A stretch of 55,547 nucleotides of DNA, filler included, from Piptocephalis cylindrospora (Eukaryota): assembly GCA_003614145.1 (NCBI GenBank). It is 2 parts of 2 records of this genome, joined end to end, with 100 filler letters (N's around TTAATTAATTAA, not from the genome) between each part and the next. Parts side by side here need not be neighbours in the genome. Positions count along the whole stretch, not along the records: positions 27,843 to 55,547 come from KZ987765.1; 1 more part is not named here. One strand, 5' to 3'. The notes under the pieces are model-generated. The model was not told where the DNA came from and ran no database searches. It saw only the letters and a program-made list of their open reading frames with translations. Shown piece after piece: positions 45,119 through 55,547 of the stretch. The translations under genes were made by a program, and so were the position numbers. Every line of letters starts with the position of its first letter. Position 1 is the stretch's first letter.

Positions 45119-48100
45119 CTATCCTCTCTTCAAGGACTCAACGTATGAATCTAGGTTGAACTCTTCGGCATACTGATCATCTTCCCACAGAGCCTCTAGG
45201 TCCTCAATGACCCCCTTGGCCGCACCCCCGAGACCAGCGGTCGAGTCATCTTCCATTCCTGCCTCATCGACAGCACGGTTCTTCCCAGGTTCCTGGGTCG
45301 TGCTAACGGAGAAAAGATCTACGAGCTGATTAGTATTCATACTCTCCAGACTGGCATTCTGTTGATTCACCACAGAGTTGGCAACGTTGAGCTTGAATTT
45401 TTGGAGACTACCAAGATAGTGGTAAAGCGAACGATGATGCGATAAGTCAATGAGCGAGTGAGTGCGTTACATAGAGTAATAAAAACGTTATATCCATCCC
45501 ATTCACATGACTTACCCCATGATCTTTTCCTCAAGGGTTCCACGAGTGATAAGCCTGTAAACATTCACCACGCGTTTCTGACCTAGACGATGAGCTCGAT
45601 CCATTGCTTGGAGATCCTTCATGGGGTTCCAGTCATGCTCCACAAAGATGACCGTATCCGCCGAGGTCAGATTCAAACCCAGGCCGCCGACCGAAGTTGT
45701 AAGGAGAAGGACGTCGATGGAAGGATCAGCATTAAAGGTCTGGACAATCGAGTGTCGTTGCCGCGCCTCCACAGCTCCATCTAACCTGAGGTAGGTTACC
45801 GAGGGCATGTGTTGAGCGAAAAGCTCCTCCTGGATGAGATCGAGCATCGAGCGAAGCTGGCAAAAGATGAGAACTCGGTGGGAGGAAAAACTCTCTCCTT
45901 CCAAATCACTACCGGCCTCGCTTCCATCCGAGTTCACCCTACCCACTCCGATTCCACAATCCAGAAGCAGCTGTCGTAGGGCCTGAAGCTTCGGGGCTCC
46001 TTCAAGGCTGCCTCGACCCTTCATTACCTCCTCATACCCAGGGTGGCCGGGGATAGCTGCCAGTAGAGGATGACTACATACTTTACGAAGATACTGTAGC
46101 GCTTGAAAAATGTGCATCGCTTGACCTTGGTTCTTCCCCTTGTCCTCCCCTCCTTTCCCATGCTGAATTTCTTGCTTGACTTGATGAGCCGCCTGAGATT
46201 TGCTAAATTCTTCGTAGAGCTTACGCTATTGGAGGGGGTGTGAGCATAAAAAAAGTAACTAGCGTCCTCTTACTCATCTTCTCCTTTATGTGGATCAACG
46301 TGTTCCACACCTACCTGAATACCACTAAGATCACAGTAATAGTCCTGAATAATTTTGGGAGGAAGATCATCAAGAACATCTTCCTTCATGCGTCGAAGCA
46401 AGAAGGGAAGTACTTGGCGATGAAGGGCCTCCAACGCCATCGCCCCAGCTTCTTGGTCTTTAGAAGAACTCTTGGCATCTCTGCTCTGGGAAATAGGCCG
46501 GCCATACTTGAGATGAAACTGCTTTTCGGTTCCAAGAAACCCGGGCATAAGAAAGTCAAAGAGAGAGTACAACTCAATGACATTGTTCTGGATGGGGGTA
46601 CCAGAGAGAATAAGACGATGCTCGGCTTGGATCTGTTTCACTGCCAGAGTTGTCTTGGTCCGAGCATTCTTGATGATGTGGCCCTCATCAAGGACACAGT
46701 AGTTCCATGCACGCTTCATTCCACCTAGCCGGTCAATGTCATTCCGAATGATCTCATAGGATGCCACAATGACATCATATTCCCCTACATTCTTAGCCAA
46801 AGCAGCCCTCACCGATGGAGGACCGGCGTAAACGAGGACGCGAAGACCATTGACATAAGTGCCCAATTCTTGCTCCCAGTGCCCGGTCAGAGTGGGGGGA
46901 CAAATGATTAAAGAAGGGAGATGGCGTCCCTTGGGGTCTCCTGGGCGTTCTTTCCTAATTATGAACCGTTTGTGATGGTCACTAGCCACCATACAGATGG
47001 TCTGAAGCGTTTTCCCCAGGCCCATGTCATCGCACAGGATCCCATGCAGGCTGTACCGGTTGAGGAAGGCCAACCAGCTCACTCCTTCCACTTGATAAGA
47101 ACGAAGTGTAGCATTGACTTGGATGGGAATAGAGAATGTCTCAACCTTGCTCGTTCCTACCAGTTGCTCCATGAAGCGTCGTTCTTCCTCCCGCTGTTTC
47201 ACTTGTTCTAAGGAAAACCCCTCAGGATCCTCAATGCCGGCCTCTAGAGGAATGAGACGAAGGAGCTGGGCAAAAGCGAGGTTGGCTATAGGTCGGACTA
47301 CCTCGTCCATGTCGCTCATCCTTTGTAGGACCGGCATCATCATAAACATGGCATAAGGAAGGATTCGTAGATCGAGTTTCTCAATGAGGACATAAAGTAA
47401 GGAGATGGCCCCGCGTCGCTGATAGACACTTGAAACATTTGTCAAGGTGGGAATAATCTCCTCCACGACAACCTTAAGTGTGGGGGCTAGGGAAACCATC
47501 GCGCAGGCAACGACGGCACGACCAGTCATGTAGCGAATAATGGCCAAAGAACAGGGAATGAAGTAGCGGAGGAGGTCAGGAAGAAGGGCCAGAAGAGTTT
47601 GTCGAGGTTTGGAATCCAAGGGAGAGATCAGAAACTCGATCAAGAAAAGGGCGTCAACAATTTCTTGGATCTGGCCGGAGGAAGCCTCACTCATGTTCAT
47701 GGCCCCAGATGTCACATGTTGCATTGGGGATACAATGCGCTCATGCAGGGGACTTAAAGCCTCCAAGAGCTCAGGACCATAGGCATAGGAGATGGCATGA
47801 AGGGCATGCTGGGCTCCTCGGGTTAGAATACTCATCCCTGCCTCCTTCTCCGCTGCCTCCTCGGCGTTAATTGTTGGCATACTTGCCTTAGCTGCTCCTT
47901 TGCTTTGGCTAGCATCGGTTCCCAAATCCACCTGTAGAACCCGGGTTAACTCATAGGCCGCATCTTCCTTGTCACCTTGGTGGATGGGGACGATCTTTGG
48001 ATTAGCACAGAGGAAGGAGCAGAGGTTTTTGATGAGCTTTCCATTGGCCTGAGCTTTATTGCTTGTGCGCATCAGGGCAGCGAGCGAGCGAGCGGAGCGT

Positions 48101-51100
48101 TCCTGAAGCAACTCCATCCTCTCCGTCTTGATTGACACCATTAGCGCACGGATTAATGGGCCAGTCTTGCTCGGAAGGGATCCAGAGTTAACAATGACGC
48201 CAGCAAAAGCGGCATGAACCCCACCCTCCAAGTTTTCCATTTGGGTTGTGTAGGTTTGTTCGACGAAAGTACGTAGCTTCTTCACAGCCTCCTTAGTATC
48301 TTTCAAAGATCTTCCAGGACGCTTCATAGATGCGATAGCTTCGTCCATCTGCTTGACCTAGGAAGTTCATTAATGAAAGAATGGTCAGAAAGCGTCATAT
48401 CAGTATCTCCACATATCCTATCTCAAGCAAAACCTACCCATTGTTGCATCTGTGCCAGAGTAAGATGGCCAGCCTGAGTCAACATCCTCTGCACTGCCTC
48501 CTGCAGGCTTTCTAGGGTCTTTCCTGTATCTTCATGATAAGTCCGAAGTGCCTCGTGTGCCAAATAGGAGGCCTGCTGCTTCAGGGGAAAGAGCTCATGG
48601 TATGCCTCAGCACCCATCCCCCCATGCCAGGCTACGGACTCGCTCTTGTCTGCCCCATCGACTGCTTTAATAATTTGCGCTGTCCAAGTCACAATGGAAG
48701 AGGGAATTGCCTATGTCATAATAAGGATGAGTTCGGGCTGGGGGGAAAGCATAAAAGAAACCCAGTCAACCACTTTTTATTCTCTTTATCCCTTCCTCGA
48801 TAGCTTACCTCTACCTTAATATCCTTAGTTTTTGCGGAGGAAAGATAAGTATCGAGAATAATGGCAATCAGCTCTTGATGTAAAGCTAACGGATGATTCA
48901 GGCACTGGGTAATCAGAGAAGAAAAGGTTTCTTCCCAATCCTATACCATCAGAGTCAACGGATGAAGGGTAGAATAAGTGAGCAAAGTCCCTACTAGAAA
49001 AAAGGGAATATTAAAAAGCCTCTTCCCCCCTTCTTACCTGCAAGGGCCATGCGACCATCAATTGACCAAAGGCTTGCGAAGCAAAGATCCGATTCTTCAT
49101 GATTTGATCTCGCCCAATCAACGAAATATCTTGGTAAATCATAGCCTTGTCAATGTCATGCCATTGAGAGCCACCCGCTCTCCCCTCCGTTAAGTCAGAA
49201 CGATAGAGATGATCCAGAGGAAAGGGATAGCCAATGGGAAGGGTGGTAAGGGAGAGCCAAGAAGGAAGGAAGCTTTTGAGCGCGCTCATTGGTTTGGATA
49301 GACCGTGAATCAACTGTTCCCATGCTTGAATAGAAAGCTTGGAGACTTGTTCATCGGTCTCCAATAAGATATTCTGGTAGAGAAGTCGATAGAGACGTTC
49401 GTCCACTGCGACATCCATCGTGTTCAGAAAGGTCATGACGCATTGTAGGACTGCGATTCGGACATTAGTAACAGGGTGTCGGAAAAAAGGAAAGAGGACG
49501 GGAAAAAGATCCCCGAGTGTGGTTCTAAAAGTATACAATGAGCAAAGGAGGTAGGAAAAGCAGTGTGAGTGGAAGATGTAAGGAAATGAGGCCTCCCGGT
49601 TTAGCTCCTCACTCACCCTTGATCTCGCACCGAGATCTCCCTCCATTCCGACAAGACCTGCGGATAGGACATGACCTTAGAGAGGAGCTCCATGGCATCC
49701 CCTACGGATGAGGCCAGGTCGTCACGCGCCTCCCGAAGACTATCCCACAGGACACGGGCAATCCCTCCTAATTTCACGACACTTGAAGGCGCTTCAATGC
49801 AGATGTGCAGGATGGGGAGAAGAACAGAGGCAGCGATGGCCTTGACATCATCCATCCTATCCTCTAGGCCAATCATAACAGCGTCCAGTAATCCCATCTC
49901 GGCCCATTTGAGCACGCAATCCGACCTCACGGCCACGATGTACTTTAAAGCAAGGAGCCCCGCATGCCGAACCTGCCAGACGACCGGGGGGATGGGGGAA
50001 GGGGCTGTGGTAGAGGAAGCTGAATTATTTGGGGCGCCTTGGCCTCGGCTGTGCTGTTGAATAAGCCAGATAATCTGCACAAAGACCCGATCAGCCATCT
50101 CGGGGGAAGCTTGATGGATGAGAGCGCCCAGGGCCTGAGCCCCCACTTCTCTGGTGGGGGTAATAACTTGATCTGACACATAATCACCAAATCGATCCAA
50201 GACAAGGAGACAAAGAAGGCGAAGAGCAGCATCCTCCATCGCTCTGACGTGGGCCTGATCGTTAGCCTCAGGGGATAGGTCATCTCGCAACCCCATGGTC
50301 TCTGCATGTTTCTTAAACAAGGCACGCAGCCCAAGGCCGAACCCGTGCCGATCTTCCCAGGACGGAGAGAAGATCCCGAGGAGCAGTCGATCGCACAACG
50401 CAGCAAAGGGCCACTGGCGCTCCGAGGTGAGTGATGTTGCCTCTTGGATTTGTGCTAGTTTCTTCTCCTCAGAACTCATCTTTTCTCCGCCTTGTCCGGC
50501 TTCTCCCCCTGCCCCTGTCCTCTTGGCTGCTTCCTCTCGCGTCCCCTCAAGAGCACGCATCTTGGATCGACTTTTCCCATGAAGTTTGCGTTTTCGCTTC
50601 AGGGCATTGAGTTCCCGCTTACTCAAATGGGAAAAATCCTCCTCTACTTCTTCCTTCTCTGCTGAAAGCTCCTGGCCCATGCTGAACATAGCCGAGGGGG
50701 AGGAGGGGGAGGAACGGGAGGATGGATTGGAGCTGCTGCTAGCCCCAGTGGATCCTGCAGTAGAAAGGTCCTTTTCATCCACCAGCCCGTCCATAAATTG
50801 ACCACTCACCCCCAGGGTCTTTTGAAGATTTTTCCGCTGCATAGCCAGTCTCTCCGAAGAGGTCATTTCGGCCCAATTCACGTCAAATTCCTGTAAATTA
50901 GTCCGCCCACCCCATGAAAGTGATGTGAGTGTACGCAAGGGATGAGACTATCCCTTTTATGCCTCAAGTCTTCACATACCTTCCCCACGGAAGCAAGTAA
51001 GGGTTTTCCATGATCAAGAACTTCGCGAATATCGATGGTCTGGAAACTTAAAAGATCCCCAGTGGAAGGAGATGGGGATATCTCAAGAGGATGCGAGTCA

Positions 51101-51549
51101 CCTTCCTCCTTGATACCTTTTACATCTGGCGCCATTCAGGTAAGATAGGAAATGGGAGTGGAAGTGAATATGAGGGCAGAAAGTAAGAGCGAGAATAATC
51201 ATCAGCTGAACTGTACCTAGAGATGAGGGTTGGTAGGTTGGAACTGCCCCTACCACCTCTTCCAGGGCGAATCCGGCAGCTGTACGAGTCTCCCAGGAAG
51301 AGCTACCTAAATAGGGGAGGATACGGGCCAGAAGGGTACCGAGGTCCTCAGGCCTTTTGCGCTGCAACTCCCCTAGCTGCTTGGCCGCCGTGCGACGTGT
51401 CATCGTCGTCGAACCCGTGTCCAGCAAGAGGACAAGGCGGTCCAGTCTGGTGAGACGGTAGGGAGGAATGAGTTTCTCATCACGGGGAAGGACCCTTTAT
51501 AAATAGCAAGGGGTAAAGCAGATTTGGACAGGCCTTACCTAGTTGCCAT
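45119..51549 (-). CDS. MOT1: TBP-associated SNF2 ATPase Mot1/BTAF1, multi-exon
   Basis: RLDRLV.LLDTGS...TAAKQL N-terminus, LDRFGDYVSDQV, DUF3535-type middle region, LHGILCDDMGLGKTLQ, LDEGH, LILSGTPIQN, LLLTTSVGGLGLNLT, EHDWNPMKDLQAMDRAHRLGQ. Confidence 0.95.
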
Positions 51550-52520
51550 GACGAGAATTCACGTGTCGGATGCCGGAAGTCTTGTTGTTGTCTATGGCAC
51601 AGAGCGCTAGAGTCGACCGAGAGCGGAGAGATTTATTATTATTATTCGATCTCGCTTTGACCAGGTGCACAACTTTTGAAAATGGCAATTTTCGTCCGAA
51701 AATGGAGAAGGAAATAGTGTGAAGATCAGAGAGGTGTGTGGTGATGAGGATGGTGGGCGGAGAGACAGGGGGCAAGAAGTGAGGAGCCGGAGGATGAGGG
51801 GAGAGAGTGGGAGGGGAGGGGAGGGGAGGGCGGGAGAGAGGCTAAACGCGATAACCTGTGGTCTTTTTATGCTTGTTGCCCTTCCATCCCCGCTACTCTG
51901 GCGTAAAGGAGCACACACCCACCCAGAATACCAGAGGAGATAGGATGATTGGCTAAAGGGAGAAGGGGGGAGGGTGCCCAAGAGAGGTCAAAAAATCCAG
52001 CGCATTGGAGTGCGTCGACCTCCTTACCCATCTCTTGCTCGCCCATGCCATCCTCCGTACTCAAGCAGCGTTCGTGTCTATGGAGGCGAGATATAAAATC
52101 ATTGTAGACCAATGTCTCCCCTTAGAACAGGCAATTTCTCAGTAGTCAGGCTAATCCCCGAATTCCAGGTAAAAAGATTCTTGGTAGATGAGTGAGCTGG
52201 AACAACGAAATAAGGCTTGGAAGACATGAATCGATGATGCTTACGGAGTATCATGATCACGCGACAAAATCATCAACCGGACTCTCCTAGGCTCACGCCT
52301 TTCCCTTTCCTCACCCTACCCATCAGCCGCAGCCTGTTCATCCATGGAAACTATGAAAAAACATCAGGATTGATTAAAGAGCAGCATTCCTTAATAAGAA
52401 TATAGTAAACCTATCATGATCGTGCTTTGATTAAACAACATGCTCTTTCTATTATATCACCTTGATGCTACTATTCTTGACAGGAAATCGCAAAACCTCA
52501 TATTTTATGGATATGGCGCA

Positions 52521-53120
52521 TCATTCTTTTCCTGCAATCTTCTCATCCCCATCCTCACTTTTCTTCTTTTCCCGATCCTTCCAGGAATCCACGGCTTGCC
52601 GTAGCTTCTCCAACTCTTCGGGATTAGCTGTCTCCAAAGCCTCTTCGCCTTGGATCTGTCCTCCTCTTTCCTGAACCAGGTCTTCGATCGTAACACGACC
52701 ATCCCGGAACCAGCCTTTGTTGTCGGCAATGAGGTGTCGCGACTCACATCCATCGCACTGAATGATCACCACTCCCGTCTCATAGGCAGTCTTGGAGAAG
52801 GTTTTGTGGGATCGATGATTACACCTTTTGCACGTAAATGCCAGCAAGAGCCGTCCATCAGGAGCTGGGATCTCTGGGGTAGAGGGAGGTGTGGGCGGGA
52901 GGTTGTTCGGCGTGCTCCCCATCCAGCGCATTCCTAGAGCCGCAGATCTAGACCACCTTGGCATATCATTAGGAAGGCGAAGAGATGAGGGAAGCGATCG
53001 CCCAAGCAGTCGGGATTGAGGAGAGAGTGTACCAGAGGTAAACGTACAAAGCTGAGTACAGGGTCTAGTGATTCGAGATCTCACCAAACCCTGGACGCGA
53101 GCAGAGCACCGAGTGATCAT
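52521..53120 (-). CDS. ZIM17: mitochondrial DNL zinc-finger Hsp70 escort protein (Zim17/Hep1)
   Basis: Arg-rich presequence; FTCKRC.HRS...FSKTAYE.GVVIIQCDGC.SRHLIADN.GWF. Confidence 0.92.
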   Translation of the reverse strand: MITRCSARVQGLVRSRITRPCTQLCTFTSGTLSPQSRLLGRSLPSSLRLPNDMPRWSRSAALGMRWMGSTPNNLPPTPPSTPEIPAPDGRLLLAFTCKRCNHRSHKTFSKTAYETGVVIIQCDGCESRHLIADNKGWFRDGRVTIEDLVQERGGQIQGEEALETANPEELEKLRQAVDSWKDREKKKSEDGDEKIAGKE

Positions 53121-53614
53121 GTTGAGTGTAGTAGAAATTGTAGATAGGAGATGAGTGCAAAAAATATGTAGAAAGGAAGTGGCGTGTTAGCAAGCCTGAG
53201 TTGAGATCAGAAAAAAAAAGGGTAAAGAATAGACACTGGAAGCCAAGTATGGCACAGGCAAGGATCGGGATAGTAGGATATATCGTCACAGTACCTCACA
53301 CTAGGATCCTTCATCAGGGCCTCACTTAATATCCAAGAGATCTGGGTTTCTGCTTTACCTTTTCAAAAATGTAATCAATATTCAAAAGAATATATATCAA
53401 TTCGAAATCACTGCACTCTGGCGCTGATGAGGGTCACTCTGAGCCCACTCCCTTGCTAAATCATGCTATTCCATGAAATTTCCGTTCTCTGGTACATAAA
53501 TCCTAATGATAAAATTATACTATTAATTGAAATACAACTTTGATCAAATGTAGGGTATATCAGTGGGGTTCTCGATAAAACAGTAATATGCTAGTATTCC
53601 TGTAAAATATGGTT

Positions 53615-53670
53615 GATGATAAAACCATTTTATTTTCCCCAGTGGGGTAGGCGGATGGGCATCCGAACAC
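53615..53670. mobile_element. 56-bp double-hairpin dispersed element, copy 2, with about 25-bp imperfect flanking direct repeats (53589-53614 and 53677-53701)
   Basis: Near-identical to 31239-31294. Flanks are TGCTAGTATTCCTGTAAAATATGGTT and TGCTAAGTTTCTGTAAAGTATGGTT. Confidence 0.6.
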
Positions 53671-54401
53671 AATGTCTGCTAAGTTTCTGTAAAGTATGGT
53701 TCTACATATGGCTTATCCTTATTCATCTTTTACTCCTTTCTCAGGGTATTTCTCAAGCCGAAGGACACATATAAGCGCTTAGCATTCTTCTTGCTCTCTT
53801 TGCGCTTTCTTTTGGTCATATTGCCCAGGACGAAGGTAGATAAGGATGCGAGAAATTATGTCTAAGATAAATTTAGAAGCCTATGGTTCTCAAGGACCAC
53901 CATCTAACTAGGCCGTATCCCTTCATCACGGTACGTGTGTGTGTTCAGTGAGGATCGCATTTCACCCTACTTGTCCCAAGCGGCCGCCATATACTCACTC
54001 ACGCACAACACATCAATCATTTCCCTATAGTCAAGGCAAGGCCTGGTTGTGGGACCAAACTTGGCTCATTGCACAGCCTCTGTACTGCACTTTATTCCGC
54101 CTACCCACCGTCATTGGCTCAGTCAAGCTCAGAACGCTCCTTCCCCGCCGCTCAACCTAACACCTCCATCCCCAAGCTCACGCCCTCCACCTCTCCCACC
54201 CTGAACCATCAAGCTTCACCACTTGTCCCCGCCCTTGTTGGTCTCTCCCAACTGCCAGACCTTCTTTCTTCCTTCCCCTCTCTCGATCTCTTGCCATTTC
54301 CTCTTCTAGCTTTTCCATTTATCTCACACTACCTCCCCTTCCCCCCCCCCCACCATCCTTGGTACCACCAAACGCCTGATCCTTGACTCGGTTTCCCACC
54401 A

Positions 54402-55547
54402 ATGAGTTCGTACAATGTTCGGTCCGTCGATCGGGATAGGGCTGAGGAACAGCTGGCCATGAATATAAAAAAGGCCACTAGCGCTATCGAGACTGCTCCA
54501 AAGCAAAAGCACGTTCGAGGTAAGTGAATATACTCTTTGTGTGGGTGGGTGGACTTGGCCAAGTGTAGGTTTCCCCTCCCAGTTCCATCCCTACAAGCGA
54601 AGCAACTATCATGGCCAATTCATCTATACTTACCATTGTGCCTTCCCCCCTCCTTAATTCCTCTTTTCTAGCTTGCATTGTCTATACCTGGGACTACAAG
54701 ACTTCTTCTTCCATCTGGGCTGGTTTAAAGGCCGCACCATTGCACGCGGATGAAGTCCAGTGCTTCAAGGCCCTCATCACCATCCATAAAATTATCCGTC
54801 AAGGCCATCCAATTGTCCTCAAAGAGGCGCCTAGAGAGACCCAATTCATTGAGAACCTCACTCGGTCCCTCGGGGGAAGTGACGGGATCCGTGGGTACGG
54901 GGTCCTCATCCGTGCGTATGTCAACTTTATCCTTGCCAAGCTTGAGTACCATACTCTGCATCCCGAGTTCAATGGCCTCTTTGAGTACGAGGATTACATC
55001 TCCCTTAAAGGGACTGATGATCCCAATGAGGGTTTTGAGACCATCATGGACCTAATGGTCCTGCAGGACAAGGTGGATTCCTTTCAGAAGCTTATCTTCC
55101 GTAATTTCCGCTCCGGCACGAACAATGAGTGTCGTATCTCCGCCTTGGTCCCACTGGTGGAAGAGAGCTATGGGATTTACAAGTTCATTACCAGCATGCT
55201 CATTTCCATGCATAAGGGTAAGTTTATTACGAAGGAAAGGGGGTAGGATACTAGAGTCTGATATCCATGTCTCATCACTCCATTGCACAGTCACCAACCA
55301 ACAAGATGCCTTGGCCCCACTGCGTCAGAGGTATAATGCTCAGCATTATGCCCTACTCAAGTTCTACTATGAGTGTTCCAACCTCCGGTATCTCACCTCT
55401 CTCATCACTGTTCCCAAGCTTCCTCAAGATCCTCCCAACCTGACCGGGGCCTCGGGCCCTGTTGTCCCATACAGCCGGAAAGAACCAACACCTTCTCCAC
55501 CCTCTCCACAGAGTCCTTGGACTTGGCCAATTGATTCTGACTAGCTT
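54402..55547 (+). CDS. SLA2: Sla2/End4 ANTH-domain endocytic adaptor, 5' part (introns 54520-54671, 55218-55290)
   Basis: IKKATS.IETAPKQKHVRACIVYTWD, FKALITIHK, HPEFNGLFEYEDYISLK..DDPNEG, CRISALVPLVEESYGIYKF, FYYECSNLRYLTSLITVPKL. Confidence 0.92.

Noticed and set aside
31928..51549. Run of transcription and splicing genes (RRN3, GCN5, SF3B1, RPC34, MOT1) as a functional cluster
   Set aside because: Expected by chance in a compact genome rich in core genes; no shared motif seen.
53420..53450. CTGATGA plus short stem suggesting a hammerhead ribozyme
   Set aside because: The required GAAA after stem II and the closing stems are absent.

Overview
Gene-dense eukaryotic nuclear DNA with short GT-AG introns and pyrimidine-rich 5' flanks. 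Gene content and style point to an early-diverging fungus, possibly Zoopagomycota (inference). About 20 protein-coding genes are supported. Most are conserved housekeeping genes: NudE, RNase H2 subunit C, Derlin, prefoldin 4, ARP8, a HERP/Usa1-like UBL protein, MMS2, CSN5, an SMG5/Est1-like protein, a DHA2 MFS pump, PPIL1, RRN3, GCN5, a 2-hydroxyacid dehydrogenase, SF3B1, RPC34, MOT1, ZIM17 and the 5' part of SLA2. The non-routine signals are: (1) a secreted Kex2-processed polyprotein (KEP) that would release about 7 peptides, with 8 same-strand CGGAGT motifs upstream of its TATA box; (2) an orphan 7-TM receptor-like gene 6.6 kb downstream; (3) a MATA/SOX-type HMG-box factor next to an assembly gap; (4) a 56-bp double-hairpin element present twice, each copy flanked by its own long direct repeat; (5) a perfect 219-bp inverted copy of the prefoldin gene inside ARP8, probably an amplification or assembly chimera; (6) a +1 frameshift in SF3B1 at a poly-C run. 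All assignments come from motif recognition by eye; no searches were run.
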